Counted from the stretch's first letter, positions 10,030 to 19,694 are shown. The stretch: 42,171 nt of DNA from Capsulimonadales bacterium (GCA_033762295.1 JANRLW010000004.1:1-42171); one strand, 5' to 3'. Notes: a model not told the origin generated them from the sequence alone. A program made the numbers and translations.

Positions 10030-11427
10030 ATGGATAGTATGCAGCGGGTCACGGGGCGAGTGTTGCTTTTCACTCTGGCAGGACTGGCGGCGGGCCTTTT
10101 CACCTGGTTCGTCTCCGACCTGTCCGGTCTGGTACGGATCGGAGACACCGTTGGCCGGCTTTCCGCCGAGGAAAGCCTGGCGTACTGGATCGTGTTCGCC
10201 TGCTGGGGCGGGTCTATCGGCGTTCTTCTCAGCGTGGCCGACGCTCTGGTGACGGGGTCCCGGCAGAACTGGCTGAACGTGATCGGCATCGGCGTCGGTG
10301 TCGGTATCCTGGCCGGTATTTTCGGCGGGACGCTCGGAATGGGAGCATTCGCCGCTCTGTACGTTTTCCCGGCGAACAACCCGTTCGACTTTCTGCGAAA
10401 CGTGATCGGGCGGGCGGCCGGGTGGGCGTTTATCGGCGGATTGGCCGGAACGGCGCCGGGGTGGCGGAAATGGAACCTGCCGCTCGGGCGTAACGGACTG
10501 ATCGGCGGACTGATCGGCGGACTGATCGGCGGTAGCACGTTCGAAATTATCCCGTACCTTCTGGTCGGCATGGCGCGGCCCGGCATCGTCTCCCGGCTGT
10601 TCGGATTCGCGATCACCGGCGCGATGATCGGCCTGTTTGTCGCTCTGGTGCAGCAACTGTTGAAGGAAGCCTGGATCCGGGTGGTCGTGGGACGAAACGA
10701 AGGGAAGGAGATTCTGATCGAAAAGCAGGAAACCACTATAGGTCGCTACGAATTATCAGACATAACTCTGTTTGGTGATCCGAAAGTAGCGCGAACCCAT
10801 GCCATTCTCACTGCGTTGCCGGGCGGACGATACCGGTTGCGGGATACCGGAGAGTCGCCGCTCGGAATTCTGGTCAACGGCCTGAAGGTAAGTGAGGAAA
10901 CGATGGTGAAGAATGGGGATCAGATACAAATAGCCGGCAAACTGCTGGTATTTTATGAGCGTTTCACCAAAACGCCGACCGCTCCCGCCCCCCGTGATGT
11001 CGCGGAACCGGCGGGAACTCCGTTGCCCTCCTTCGGGCCGTCGCTGGCGGACCTGCCCGCGCCGGGCGCGGCGCCTCTGCGAATGTCGGGAGGGGCGGTG
11101 GGCGGGACCGGGGCGGCCGTTTTGCCGGTCGATGTCCCGACGACGGCGACCGAACTGGTCGTGGTGGCGGGACCGCATGCGGGGAAACGGTTCCCGCTCC
11201 GTTCCGGAATCGTCGCCGGACGCGACCCCGGAGTGGAAATCCCGCTACCGGAGGACAGCCGGGCGTCGCGACGTCACGCCCGTTTCGTACGGGAGGCCGA
11301 GGGTTGGATCGTCGAGGATGCCGGTTCGACCAACGGAACCTTTGTCAACGGTCAACGAATTACTCGACAGCCGCTGGCAAACGGGGATAATCTGATCGTC
11401 GGGACCACCGAGTTCCGTGTGGAATAA
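10030..11427 (+). CDS. Multi-pass Gly-rich membrane protein with two FHA domains
   Basis: About 6-7 hydrophobic Gly-rich helices, then FHA-like IGR..VARTHA and FHA AGR..ASRRHA..STNGT. Confidence 0.88.
   Translation: MDSMQRVTGRVLLFTLAGLAAGLFTWFVSDLSGLVRIGDTVGRLSAEESLAYWIVFACWGGSIGVLLSVADALVTGSRQNWLNVIGIGVGVGILAGIFGGTLGMGAFAALYVFPANNPFDFLRNVIGRAAGWAFIGGLAGTAPGWRKWNLPLGRNGLIGGLIGGLIGGSTFEIIPYLLVGMARPGIVSRLFGFAITGAMIGLFVALVQQLLKEAWIRVVVGRNEGKEILIEKQETTIGRYELSDITLFGDPKVARTHAILTALPGGRYRLRDTGESPLGILVNGLKVSEETMVKNGDQIQIAGKLLVFYERFTKTPTAPAPRDVAEPAGTPLPSFGPSLADLPAPGAAPLRMSGGAVGGTGAAVLPVDVPTTATELVVVAGPHAGKRFPLRSGIVAGRDPGVEIPLPEDSRASRRHARFVREAEGWIVEDAGSTNGTFVNGQRITRQPLANGDNLIVGTTEFRVE
10495..10530 (+). 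repeat. In-frame 12-bp tandem repeat x3 (GGACTGATCGGC; GLIG)
   Basis: Three exact copies visible in the sequence. Confidence 0.9.
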
Positions 11428-11457
11428 TCGGTCTTTATACGTATTTACGAAGGGACA

Positions 11458-13128
11458 ATGCAGATGAGACGGCGACGCTACGGAGACAAACCTGCGCCGA
11501 GCGGACCTTTTGACCCGTACGGCAATTCCAACCTCCCTCTGGAGGAGCAATCGACGGAGACCGTCCGTCCGGAGGACGACCCGCACTCCAACCGGTTTCC
11601 ACAGTCGCCGGTGGAGGACGCAGCGATACACGACCAGGGGCATCCCGCTCCCGTCCCGCCCGCCGCGCCGCCTCCGAGTTTCGCCGAACCCGTCATCCCG
11701 CCGCCTCTCGGGCCGACGATCGGTCCGACAATCGGTCCGACGATCGTGACGCCGGTGGCGCATTCGCGGGCATCCGAACCGTCTGCCGCTCCGCCTGTTT
11801 CACCGGTCGCTCCGCCTGTCTCACCGGCCGCCCCGCCGACCTCGACCGTCGGACCGGTTCCCGCCTATATGCCCGCCGCCCCGGAGACCGGTGGGGAGGC
11901 GTTACGCCTCACCGTGCGCCTGGGAAATCGCTATGCGTACTGCGCCGAACGGACACGCCAGCATGTGTACACCCAGGTGACGGCGACCGGTCTCGGCGCG
12001 TCGGCCGGGGCGCGTATGCCGGTGAACATCGCGCTGGTCATCGACCGATCCGGATCGATGGAAGGCGAACCGCTGGAGTATGTCAAGAGGGCCTGTAATC
12101 AGGTCGTCGATATGCTGACGCCGCAGGACGTACTGTCGATTGTCACGTTCGAAACGCAGGTCGAAGTGCTCATGCCGGCCCGCCATGTCACCGACCCGTA
12201 CCTGATCAAGCAGCACATCGGTCGGATCGCGCCGGGAAATACCACGAACCTTTTCGACGGCCTCTACGCCGGGGGAGCGCAGGTCGGGTCCGTACCGCTC
12301 GAGGGGTATGTCACGCGTGTTCTGCTCCTGACCGACGGAGAACCGACGGCGGGCCTGAAGGACTTTCAGAGTATCGTCCGCCAGGTGGCCGACCTGAAGT
12401 CCCGGGGGATCACCGTGACCGCCCTGGGCTTCGGCCCGGAGTACAATGAGGAACTGATGGCGGGAATCGCTCGGCGCGCCGGTGGAAACTATTACTACAT
12501 CGCCCGTCCCGAGGATATCCCGGCCGTTTTCGAAAAAGAGATCAAGCAGGTGCTCGGGACCACGGCCAAGAACGTCCGCCTCCAGTTACAGATGCCGCGC
12601 GGAGCGACCGTTCGACAGGTGTACGGGTCGCCGCCGACGTTCGGACCGCGTACCGCCGAGATCACGCTCGGCGATATGGAAAAGGGAGCGACCATCAACA
12701 AACTCTGGGAGATGGACTGGGAACCCCGGCGGAGCGGCACCTTCCGCGTTGCCAAGGTCGTTCTGACCTATGATGATGCCGTGCAGGGGCATACGGAAAC
12801 GATCACCGGGAACGCGATTGTCGAGTTCGTCACCGATCCTGCCACCCTGCCGTCCGGAGCGGATGCTACGGTCGCTCAGGAACTGGCGGTGGTGACCGCG
12901 TCCCGAGACCTCGAGAAGACGATGATGGGGATGCGGACCCAGCAGTTCTCCGTCGCCGATTTCACCCGCGCCATCGAGCGAACCCAGGCGGTACTGGCCG
13001 AACAGGGACGAACCGAAGCGGCGAACGACCTGGCGCAGGCCGCACAGGCGCTGAATCGCGGGGACGACGCCAATATCGAAAAGACGTTGATCGGTACGAT
13101 CTATCAGCTCGATCAGGGGAAACGTTAA
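11458..13128 (+). CDS. VWA domain protein (YfbK-like) with Pro-rich N-terminus
   Basis: MIDAS motif VIDRSGSM, GNTTNL, LLTDGEPT, ALGFGPEYNEELM. Confidence 0.9.
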   Translation: MQMRRRRYGDKPAPSGPFDPYGNSNLPLEEQSTETVRPEDDPHSNRFPQSPVEDAAIHDQGHPAPVPPAAPPPSFAEPVIPPPLGPTIGPTIGPTIVTPVAHSRASEPSAAPPVSPVAPPVSPAAPPTSTVGPVPAYMPAAPETGGEALRLTVRLGNRYAYCAERTRQHVYTQVTATGLGASAGARMPVNIALVIDRSGSMEGEPLEYVKRACNQVVDMLTPQDVLSIVTFETQVEVLMPARHVTDPYLIKQHIGRIAPGNTTNLFDGLYAGGAQVGSVPLEGYVTRVLLLTDGEPTAGLKDFQSIVRQVADLKSRGITVTALGFGPEYNEELMAGIARRAGGNYYYIARPEDIPAVFEKEIKQVLGTTAKNVRLQLQMPRGATVRQVYGSPPTFGPRTAEITLGDMEKGATINKLWEMDWEPRRSGTFRVAKVVLTYDDAVQGHTETITGNAIVEFVTDPATLPSGADATVAQELAVVTASRDLEKTMMGMRTQQFSVADFTRAIERTQAVLAEQGRTEAANDLAQAAQALNRGDDANIEKTLIGTIYQLDQGKR

Positions 13129-13158
13129 GCTCGCCTGAAGCGCGAACAAGGAGAAAGA

Positions 13159-14046
13159 ATGATGGACAGCAACGCGACGGTGGCGATGCCGAACACAGGA
13201 TCGATCGGCGGAGAGCGAACGCAATTTTTCGTTCTTCCCGAGCGATGCGCGATGGACGTTTCGCCCTGCCCGCTGCTCACGGGCGCAATGTCCCCGGACG
13301 ACGGTTTCTGTCGGGAATGCGGCGTCATGCTCGGCGCACCTCTCGGAGAGGGGATGCTGCAACGACCGCTGCCCAAACTGATCGATATGCAGGGGCGCGA
13401 ATTCGCTCTGCACGTCGGTCAGAATATCGTCGGTCGGGAAGGGGCGGATATCATGCTCCCCGACAAGACCGTTTCCCGACGCCATGCGGTTATCGGCGTC
13501 GAGGAAACGGGAGCGGTCTGGGTCGAGGATACCGGCAGTACGAACGGAACGACGCGCGATAACGTCCCGCTGGAACGTCAGCAGCGCGCCTATCTGGCCG
13601 ACGGAATGACGCTGCAGTTCGGCTCGATCCGCGTGAAAGTCGTCATTCCGGCAGGGGTCAGCGTCGATCTGGATGCGTTGCCCGCTCCGGAACGCGTCAG
13701 CCGGGAGGAAAACGTCCCCGCTCTGGCCGCGCCGGGGGGCGCCACGCCGGCCGCCGTCCTGGTCGGTTTCGACGGTTCCACTCACGTCCTGACTTCGACG
13801 AACACGACCTTCGGCCGACGGCCCGGCAATACGATCGTCCTGACCGGCGACTCCTATATCTCCGGCAGCCACGCTCAAATCACCTATGAGAACGATCGGT
13901 TCCTTCTCACCGACCTGGGCAGCACGAACGGAACCAAGGTCAACGGTCAGAGACTGGCCGCCCATACTCCCGTCGTTCTTAACGAAGGGGATGAGGTAAT
14001 GATGGGGCAGACGACCTTTATCTATCATAGCCCGACCAACGGCTGA
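13159..14046 (+). CDS. Zn-ribbon-like plus double FHA domain protein
   Basis: CP..FCRECG; two FHA domains (VGR..VSRRHA..STNGT; FGR..ISGSHA..STNGT); AAGGAG upstream. Confidence 0.9.
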   Translation: MMDSNATVAMPNTGSIGGERTQFFVLPERCAMDVSPCPLLTGAMSPDDGFCRECGVMLGAPLGEGMLQRPLPKLIDMQGREFALHVGQNIVGREGADIMLPDKTVSRRHAVIGVEETGAVWVEDTGSTNGTTRDNVPLERQQRAYLADGMTLQFGSIRVKVVIPAGVSVDLDALPAPERVSREENVPALAAPGGATPAAVLVGFDGSTHVLTSTNTTFGRRPGNTIVLTGDSYISGSHAQITYENDRFLLTDLGSTNGTKVNGQRLAAHTPVVLNEGDEVMMGQTTFIYHSPTNG

Positions 14047-14078
14047 CGACCGGCGACGGGCGGACTGAGGATGCGAAC

Positions 14079-14801
14079 GTGATCTGTACGAAATGCGGTA
14101 CCAGCAACGTCAACGAAGCGGATGCCTGCCGACGCTGCGCGTCGCCGTTGCATCCGGCCTGGATGAAGGGCAAGATCGCCTGTTACGTTCATGCGAACCG
14201 GGAAGCGGTAACCGCCTGCGGCGTTTGCGGCCATCGCCTCTGCGCCGCCTGTGCCGTGAATGTCAACGGGATCGATTACTGCGATGCCTGCGCTCCGGCG
14301 ACGGCGGTGCGGCCCTCCTTCGACAGCGATTATGAGCGCCTCCCGGTTCTGACCGCCGAAAAACAGGTGCCTGCCACCTTTACCCGGCGTCTTCGCGCCT
14401 GGCTGGTCGATATCATGTCGTTCGTCTTTCTGGGGGCGTTGATCGCCATGTTCGGCTGGGCGTTCACCGGGCGGATCGCCTGGGCCTATTCGCCAAAGGT
14501 GGGTGGTCCGGCGTTCTTCATCCTCTGGAGTCTGCTGCTCGTCGTCGGAACCGTGTATGGTGCGGTCGTCACCTCGATGACCGGTCAGACCTTCGGGAAA
14601 CAACTGCTCGGAGTCATCGTCCTCACCAAAGGCGGTCACATCGTCGACGTGCGTTCGTCCGTGTTGCGGGCGTTGATGGCCGTCGTCTCGGCGTTGCCCC
14701 TGGGACTCGGATTTCTGTGGCTCCTCTGGGATAAGCAGGGAGAGACGTGGCATGACAAGGTCGCCGGGACGCGCGTGTTCCAGTATGAGGAGATTTCGTG
14801 A
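14079..14801 (+). CDS. Zn-ribbon / B-box-like Cys-rich RDD-family membrane protein
   Basis: CxxC..CxxC, CxxH..CxxC..CxxC..CxxC, then RRLRAWLVD, GQTFGKQLLG, WHDKVAGT. Confidence 0.88.
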   Translation: MICTKCGTSNVNEADACRRCASPLHPAWMKGKIACYVHANREAVTACGVCGHRLCAACAVNVNGIDYCDACAPATAVRPSFDSDYERLPVLTAEKQVPATFTRRLRAWLVDIMSFVFLGALIAMFGWAFTGRIAWAYSPKVGGPAFFILWSLLLVVGTVYGAVVTSMTGQTFGKQLLGVIVLTKGGHIVDVRSSVLRALMAVVSALPLGLGFLWLLWDKQGETWHDKVAGTRVFQYEEIS

Positions 14802-14879
14802 CGTTAGCGAGACGTCCGGTGTATCGATCGGGCGAATCTCGCGGGCGACCCACGCCGGAAATGAGTTTGACGGTCCTCT

Positions 14880-15737
14880 ATGAGTGAAACCACCGATGAA
14901 TTCGATGCCGCCGTTCTGGTCAGCGGCTGGGCGGCGATTGCCGAACGCAAGCCGCAGCGGCATGTCCATGTCGATTGGGCTGCCCGTACCGATATCGGAC
15001 GCCTGCGCGAACACAACGAAGATAAGTTCGACTTCTTCCTGCCGACCGACCCGACCCAGCTGGCGATGCGCGGTCGGCTCTGGGCGGTGGCGGACGGAAT
15101 GGGCGGGCATGCCGCCGGGCAGATCGCATCGGAAGCCGCGCTGAAAACCGTCGTTCGCGCTTTCTTCGCCGCCGCCGCCGCCGAGGATACCGAAACCGCC
15201 TTGCGCGCCGCTCTGGCCGAGGCGAACGCGCTGATCCACCATGCCGCGCGTCAGTTCGAACGAAAAGCGGGGGGGATGGGAACTACCATCGTCGTCGCCA
15301 TCGTTAAGGAAGATGTCCTGACGATCGCCCATGTGGGCGATTCCCGGCTCTATCTGATGCGGGAGGGCGACGGGTTACGCACCCTGACGGTGGACCATTC
15401 CTGGGTGGAAGAGCAGGTAAGGCGCGGTGCGATGAGTCGGGAGGAGGCGGAACGCTCCCCTTACCGGAACTACATCCTTCGATCCGTCGGTGTGGATAAG
15501 GTGGTGGAACCGGATGTTACTCAAATCACAGTACGCCCCGGGGATACGTTTCTCCTTTGCTCCGACGGACTTTGCGGGTATATTAGTGATGAATTAATAG
15601 CATCTACGCTTTCCGGAAAAAACGCATCGCAGGCCGTACTGGATTTGATCGATGTCGCCAACGATGCAGGGGGCAAAGACAATGTCACCGCGTTGGTCCT
15701 GCGAGTGCTCGATGTTGTCGATTTTGCCGACCGCTGA
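14880..15737 (+). CDS. PP2C-family Ser/Thr phosphatase (Stp1/PrpC-like)
   Basis: TDIGRLREHNED, VADGMGGH, MGTT, HVGDSR, LCSDGL, GGKDNVT. Confidence 0.95.
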   Translation: MSETTDEFDAAVLVSGWAAIAERKPQRHVHVDWAARTDIGRLREHNEDKFDFFLPTDPTQLAMRGRLWAVADGMGGHAAGQIASEAALKTVVRAFFAAAAAEDTETALRAALAEANALIHHAARQFERKAGGMGTTIVVAIVKEDVLTIAHVGDSRLYLMREGDGLRTLTVDHSWVEEQVRRGAMSREEAERSPYRNYILRSVGVDKVVEPDVTQITVRPGDTFLLCSDGLCGYISDELIASTLSGKNASQAVLDLIDVANDAGGKDNVTALVLRVLDVVDFADR

Positions 15738-15778
15738 GAGGAAACGCCCGAATTTCGGCGTTTCAGGATAATTCGCCC

Positions 15779-17623
15779 ATGACGCAGACGGGAATTCCGA
15801 CCGCCGGACCTCAACCTACCGGCATGCCGACTCTGGGGAACTATACCCTGGTGCGGGAGATCGCACGCTCCAACGATATCGTCTGGGAAGGCGTCGATCC
15901 CCGTATGAACCGACGCGTCGCGGTCAAGGAACTGAACCTGCCGCCGACCCTGACCGGTCAGGCGCGACGCGATCGGATCGAGCGTTTCTTCCGGGAGGCG
16001 CGCGCCGCCGGCGCGATGAATCATCCCAATATCGTCACCATTCACGAAGTCGGCGAGGATCGTGGCCGATACTTCATCGCGATGGAGTATCTCGAAGGTC
16101 GGACGTTGCGCGAACGACTGAGTGTCGGTGGCGCGCTCCCGATCAAGGAAGCCGTCTTTATCGCCTGCGGTCTGGCCGATGCTCTGGCATTCGCCCACTC
16201 GCGCGGCGTCGTTCACCGCGATATCAAACCGGAGAACGTACACCTCCTCACCGACGGGCGCGTGAAGTTGACCGACTTCGGGATCGCCCGCATCCAGCAT
16301 GAGACACAGTTGACCGTCGCCGGTCAGGTCTTCGGAACGCCGTCCTATATGTCCCCGGAGCAGGTTCTCGGCAAGGAGATCGATTATCGATCCGATATCT
16401 TCTCCCTCGGGGTCCTGCTCTACGAAATGGTCACCGGGCGGCGTCCGTTCACCACCGAAGGCGATTCGGTGGTGACGATCACCTACCGGATCATGAACGA
16501 CCCGACGCCCCAGGCGATCGGCGTCGCGCCCGTTCTGAACGGCGTGATTCAGCGAGCGACGGCCAAATCGCCGGCCGACCGGTACCAGACGGCGACGGAG
16601 TTCGGCACCGCCCTCCTCGCCGCCAGTCAGTCGCCGTCCCATCCCGCCGATCTTCCGGCGACCGGGGGAACCCCGGCGCAGCCGACCGTCGCCTACGGAA
16701 CCGACACCCGCATCGGGACGCCGCCGATCCTGCAAAGTCCCGACGATTGGGCCCGTCAGGCGGCCCCGAGCATCGTCCCTCCGGATTATCGACCGGCGGT
16801 GAACCCGGTGCATCCGGTCGCCCCGACGCTCGCTGCGAATATTCCGCCGGTCCCGGGCGCATCGCCTACCCCGCCCGCTGTCTCCCGCAACAGCCGGACG
16901 GGAGCGCTCCTCGCCATCGTCGTCGCCGTTATTGCGGTCGTCTCCCTCGGGTGGTTTGCGGGCCGTAAAGCGTACGAAAGTTTCAACCTTCAAAACCGGT
17001 CCGCCGAGTACAAACAGCTCTACAAAAAGGGAGCCGAACTGTATAAGTCGGCGCGTTTCCAGGAGGCCGCCGCGATCTTCCGACGAATCCGTCTTTCCGG
17101 AGTCGCGGACGCCGGAGTGGTTCGACAGGCCGCCGATGGCGAAGTGTTCTCCTATCGGCAACTCGGACAGAGCGCACAGGAGCGGAGCGATTTCGCCGAA
17201 GCGCAAAGGTGGTTCCAGGAAGCGTTGAAAGTGTCGCCCGGTGACCGGCAGGCCCAGTTGGAACTCGAAGCGGTACAGCGTCGCCTTCGCGGAGAGAACG
17301 CCGCCCTGTCGGACGACTATCGCGCCGCCCCCCCGGCGTCGTTCGACAACCGGGAAACCCGGACTTCAACGCTGGCGAGCAACGCGCCGATGCCGGGCAG
17401 CGTTTCGACCGAAGCGTTCGTCCAAAATAACGCGCAGGGGGAGATGCGAGCGGCGCCCCTGCTCCAACAGGGCATTCAGGCGTTTCAGCAAGGGGAGATC
17501 GAAACCGCCAAACGGCTCTGGAACGAAGCGAAGATGGAGGGGCCGGGGTCCCGCTCGGGAATCATGGCCGGCGAGTACTACCAGGCCGTCCTCGAGGGAC
17601 GAAACCCGTTGATGGGGATGTAG
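15779..17623 (+). CDS. Hanks-type Ser/Thr kinase with Pro-rich linker, TM helix and TPR-like C-terminal domain
   Basis: VAVK, RFFREARAAG, HRDIKPEN, DFG, GTPSYMSPEQ, SDIFSLG; TM LLAIVVAVIAVVSLGWF. Confidence 0.95.
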   Translation: MTQTGIPTAGPQPTGMPTLGNYTLVREIARSNDIVWEGVDPRMNRRVAVKELNLPPTLTGQARRDRIERFFREARAAGAMNHPNIVTIHEVGEDRGRYFIAMEYLEGRTLRERLSVGGALPIKEAVFIACGLADALAFAHSRGVVHRDIKPENVHLLTDGRVKLTDFGIARIQHETQLTVAGQVFGTPSYMSPEQVLGKEIDYRSDIFSLGVLLYEMVTGRRPFTTEGDSVVTITYRIMNDPTPQAIGVAPVLNGVIQRATAKSPADRYQTATEFGTALLAASQSPSHPADLPATGGTPAQPTVAYGTDTRIGTPPILQSPDDWARQAAPSIVPPDYRPAVNPVHPVAPTLAANIPPVPGASPTPPAVSRNSRTGALLAIVVAVIAVVSLGWFAGRKAYESFNLQNRSAEYKQLYKKGAELYKSARFQEAAAIFRRIRLSGVADAGVVRQAADGEVFSYRQLGQSAQERSDFAEAQRWFQEALKVSPGDRQAQLELEAVQRRLRGENAALSDDYRAAPPASFDNRETRTSTLASNAPMPGSVSTEAFVQNNAQGEMRAAPLLQQGIQAFQQGEIETAKRLWNEAKMEGPGSRSGIMAGEYYQAVLEGRNPLMGM

Positions 17624-17685
17624 TCCGCGGAGGCCCGGGGGGGGGGTGACGGCGACCGGACCCCGAATCCGGGCCGGACCGAAGG

Positions 17686-18219
17686 TCAGTTCAGCCAGCC
17701 AAGGACGTGTCGCAAAGCGGCTTGCGCCGGTTCCCAGTCCGGTTCGAGCCGAAGGGATTGGTGGAACGCATCCCGTGCCTCCTGAAATCGCCCGGCCTGC
17801 TCCAGCAGCCGACCCCGATGGAAATACGGATAGTGGCGGCAATCGTACTCCGGCGCCGCAATGGCGCGATCCAGCCAGACCAGCGCTTCCTCGCGGCGTC
17901 CGAGCTCGCTGAGGTAAACGCCGATGTCGTTGTAGGCGTTGCCGGTCTCCGGAGCCAGTTCGACGGCGTGTCGACATTGTTCGATCGCCGCCTCCCATTG
18001 TCCCCGCATCGCCAGGACGACCCCCAGCGCGGTGTACGTTTCCGCCAGCGGAAATAACTCCAGAGAGATCCCGTAGTAGGCCGCGGCATCCTCTATATCC
18101 CCGGTTCGGAACCGTTCACGACCCAATCGCAGATACTCGCGGGCGTCCGCCAGCCGATCCGCCTTCGGATCGACCGATTCGGACGTTTCGTGCGGGGTGG
18201 TCGTCTCCGTTGCCTTCAC
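17686..18219 (-). CDS. Tetratricopeptide repeat protein
   Basis: Successive TPRs (AETYTALG..AIEQCRHAVELAP, AYNDIG, FHRGRLL..SLRLEP). GTG start at 18219 is inferred. Confidence 0.85.
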   Translation of the reverse strand: MKATETTTPHETSESVDPKADRLADAREYLRLGRERFRTGDIEDAAAYYGISLELFPLAETYTALGVVLAMRGQWEAAIEQCRHAVELAPETGNAYNDIGVYLSELGRREEALVWLDRAIAAPEYDCRHYPYFHRGRLLEQAGRFQEARDAFHQSLRLEPDWEPAQAALRHVLGWLN

Positions 18220-18224
18220 GGGTA

Positions 18225-18974
18225 TCAGAACTCCTGTGTTTCCCCCGGCTCGAAAACCAGCACCCGGACGCCGGACTCCGCGTCCGCCAGCGCCTGACGG
18301 AACGCCTCCGGGGTTCCCGTCAGCAGGCCGAACGTGCCGTAATGCATGGGAACGACCGAATCGACGGATGACATCAGCGTGACGGCTTTCGCCGCTTCGC
18401 GCGGCCCCATCGTGAAACGGTCGCCGATCGGCAGAAACGCCAGTGACGGAGAGTAGAGCTCGCTGATCAACGCCATGTCCGAGAAGACCGCGGTATCGCC
18501 CGCGAAGTAGAACGCGAAGGGCCTGCCCGAATCGTCCTCCGTGCTGACCACGAAACCGCACGGTTCCCCGGCGTTGATCGTTCCGCTGTCGGTCGTGATC
18601 GTGCTGGAGTGGAAGGCGTGCGTCAGGGTGATCGTCAGGCCGAGGTCGGCGCGGGTCACGGACCCCCCCTTATTCATCGGCTCGATGTTTTCCACTCCCT
18701 GCGTGCCCATATAGGAAAGGATCTCGTAATTGGCGGCGACCGGACAGCCGAACGTTTTTGCGACTTCGATCGCGTCGGCGAAATGATCCGAATGCCCGTG
18801 CGTGACGAGCAGGAGGTCCACCGGTCCGAGAGCGGCTATTTCCTTCCGTTCGGGCGGACAGACCGGATTGCCTTTCAGAAAGGGATCGATCAGGAGACGT
18901 TTTCCGTTCGGCAATCGGATCAGAAAGGTCGAGTGTCCGAACCAGGTCAGGGACAGGCCGGCTGGCAGTGACAT
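18225..18974 (-). CDS. Metal-dependent hydrolase, metallo-beta-lactamase fold (UPF0173-like)
   Basis: WFGHSTF, IDPF, THGHSDH, HAFHSS, YFAGDT, LPIGDRFTMGP, PMHYGTF. Confidence 0.92.
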   Translation of the reverse strand: MSLPAGLSLTWFGHSTFLIRLPNGKRLLIDPFLKGNPVCPPERKEIAALGPVDLLLVTHGHSDHFADAIEVAKTFGCPVAANYEILSYMGTQGVENIEPMNKGGSVTRADLGLTITLTHAFHSSTITTDSGTINAGEPCGFVVSTEDDSGRPFAFYFAGDTAVFSDMALISELYSPSLAFLPIGDRFTMGPREAAKAVTLMSSVDSVVPMHYGTFGLLTGTPEAFRQALADAESGVRVLVFEPGETQEF

Positions 18975-19029
18975 AAGGTCCTCCGTTCCCTCGGCGAGAG
19001 ACGCTGAATGCAGGTGTATTGACGCTATT

Positions 19030-19653
19030 TTACCTTTCCGAAGCGGGTTTCGGTTCGGTGAGGATACGTCGAATCACACGGACACGTTCCTCATAGGTAT
19101 GGTCGGAGAGGGCGGGCCGGGAACCGGCCAGCGATACCGGTTCGTTCAGGGTGATCCAGGATTTGCAGCCGTAATAGTCCGGCTCCAGCGGTATCTCCGC
19201 CGGACGTTCCAGCGCATATACCCGTAGAAAAAGTGCGTACAGGGGCTTTGTCGGTTCGTTCTCGACCCGATAGCGGAGGAAGGTGTCCGAGAAAATATGC
19301 TGACTGGCAAGACGGAACAGGCCGTCGAACTGGGTGACGACATGAATCTCGGTGATGTGCGCCCAGGCGTGAATCCGCTCAAAGTCGCCGGTCGGACGGC
19401 GGCGACTTTCCTCGTGCAGCCAGGACTCGTAGCAGGGCTGCAGGGCGTTGCGCTGCTCCTCCATATGCAGATACGTCGGAAAAAGCAGGACGTTGCGCGC
19501 CTGCACCTCGAATTCGCCGCCCTCCTCGCGGATGCCACCTTTTCGAAGCAGCAGGATCTGTCGACCCTCGCGAAGGGCGCGAACGACCACCGCCCATTCC
19601 TTGAGGGTCGAGGTGAGGGTGGTCGGCGTGGCGGAAATTTCGGCAGCGTTCAT
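19030..19653 (-). CDS. DUF1802 family protein
   Basis: LKEWAVV..GRQILLLRKGGIRE, LFPTYLH, GCKSWI. Start is uncertain (19653 or 19677). Confidence 0.85.
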   Translation of the reverse strand: MNAAEISATPTTLTSTLKEWAVVVRALREGRQILLLRKGGIREEGGEFEVQARNVLLFPTYLHMEEQRNALQPCYESWLHEESRRRPTGDFERIHAWAHITEIHVVTQFDGLFRLASQHIFSDTFLRYRVENEPTKPLYALFLRVYALERPAEIPLEPDYYGCKSWITLNEPVSLAGSRPALSDHTYEERVRVIRRILTEPKPASER

Positions 19654-19694
19654 GTTGGTATTTACCGGCGGAACCACGCGAAAGTTTCCGGCGA

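Noticed and set aside
17637..17646. G10 tract as a phase-variation site
   Set aside because: It lies between two convergent stop codons, so slippage would alter neither a frame nor a promoter.
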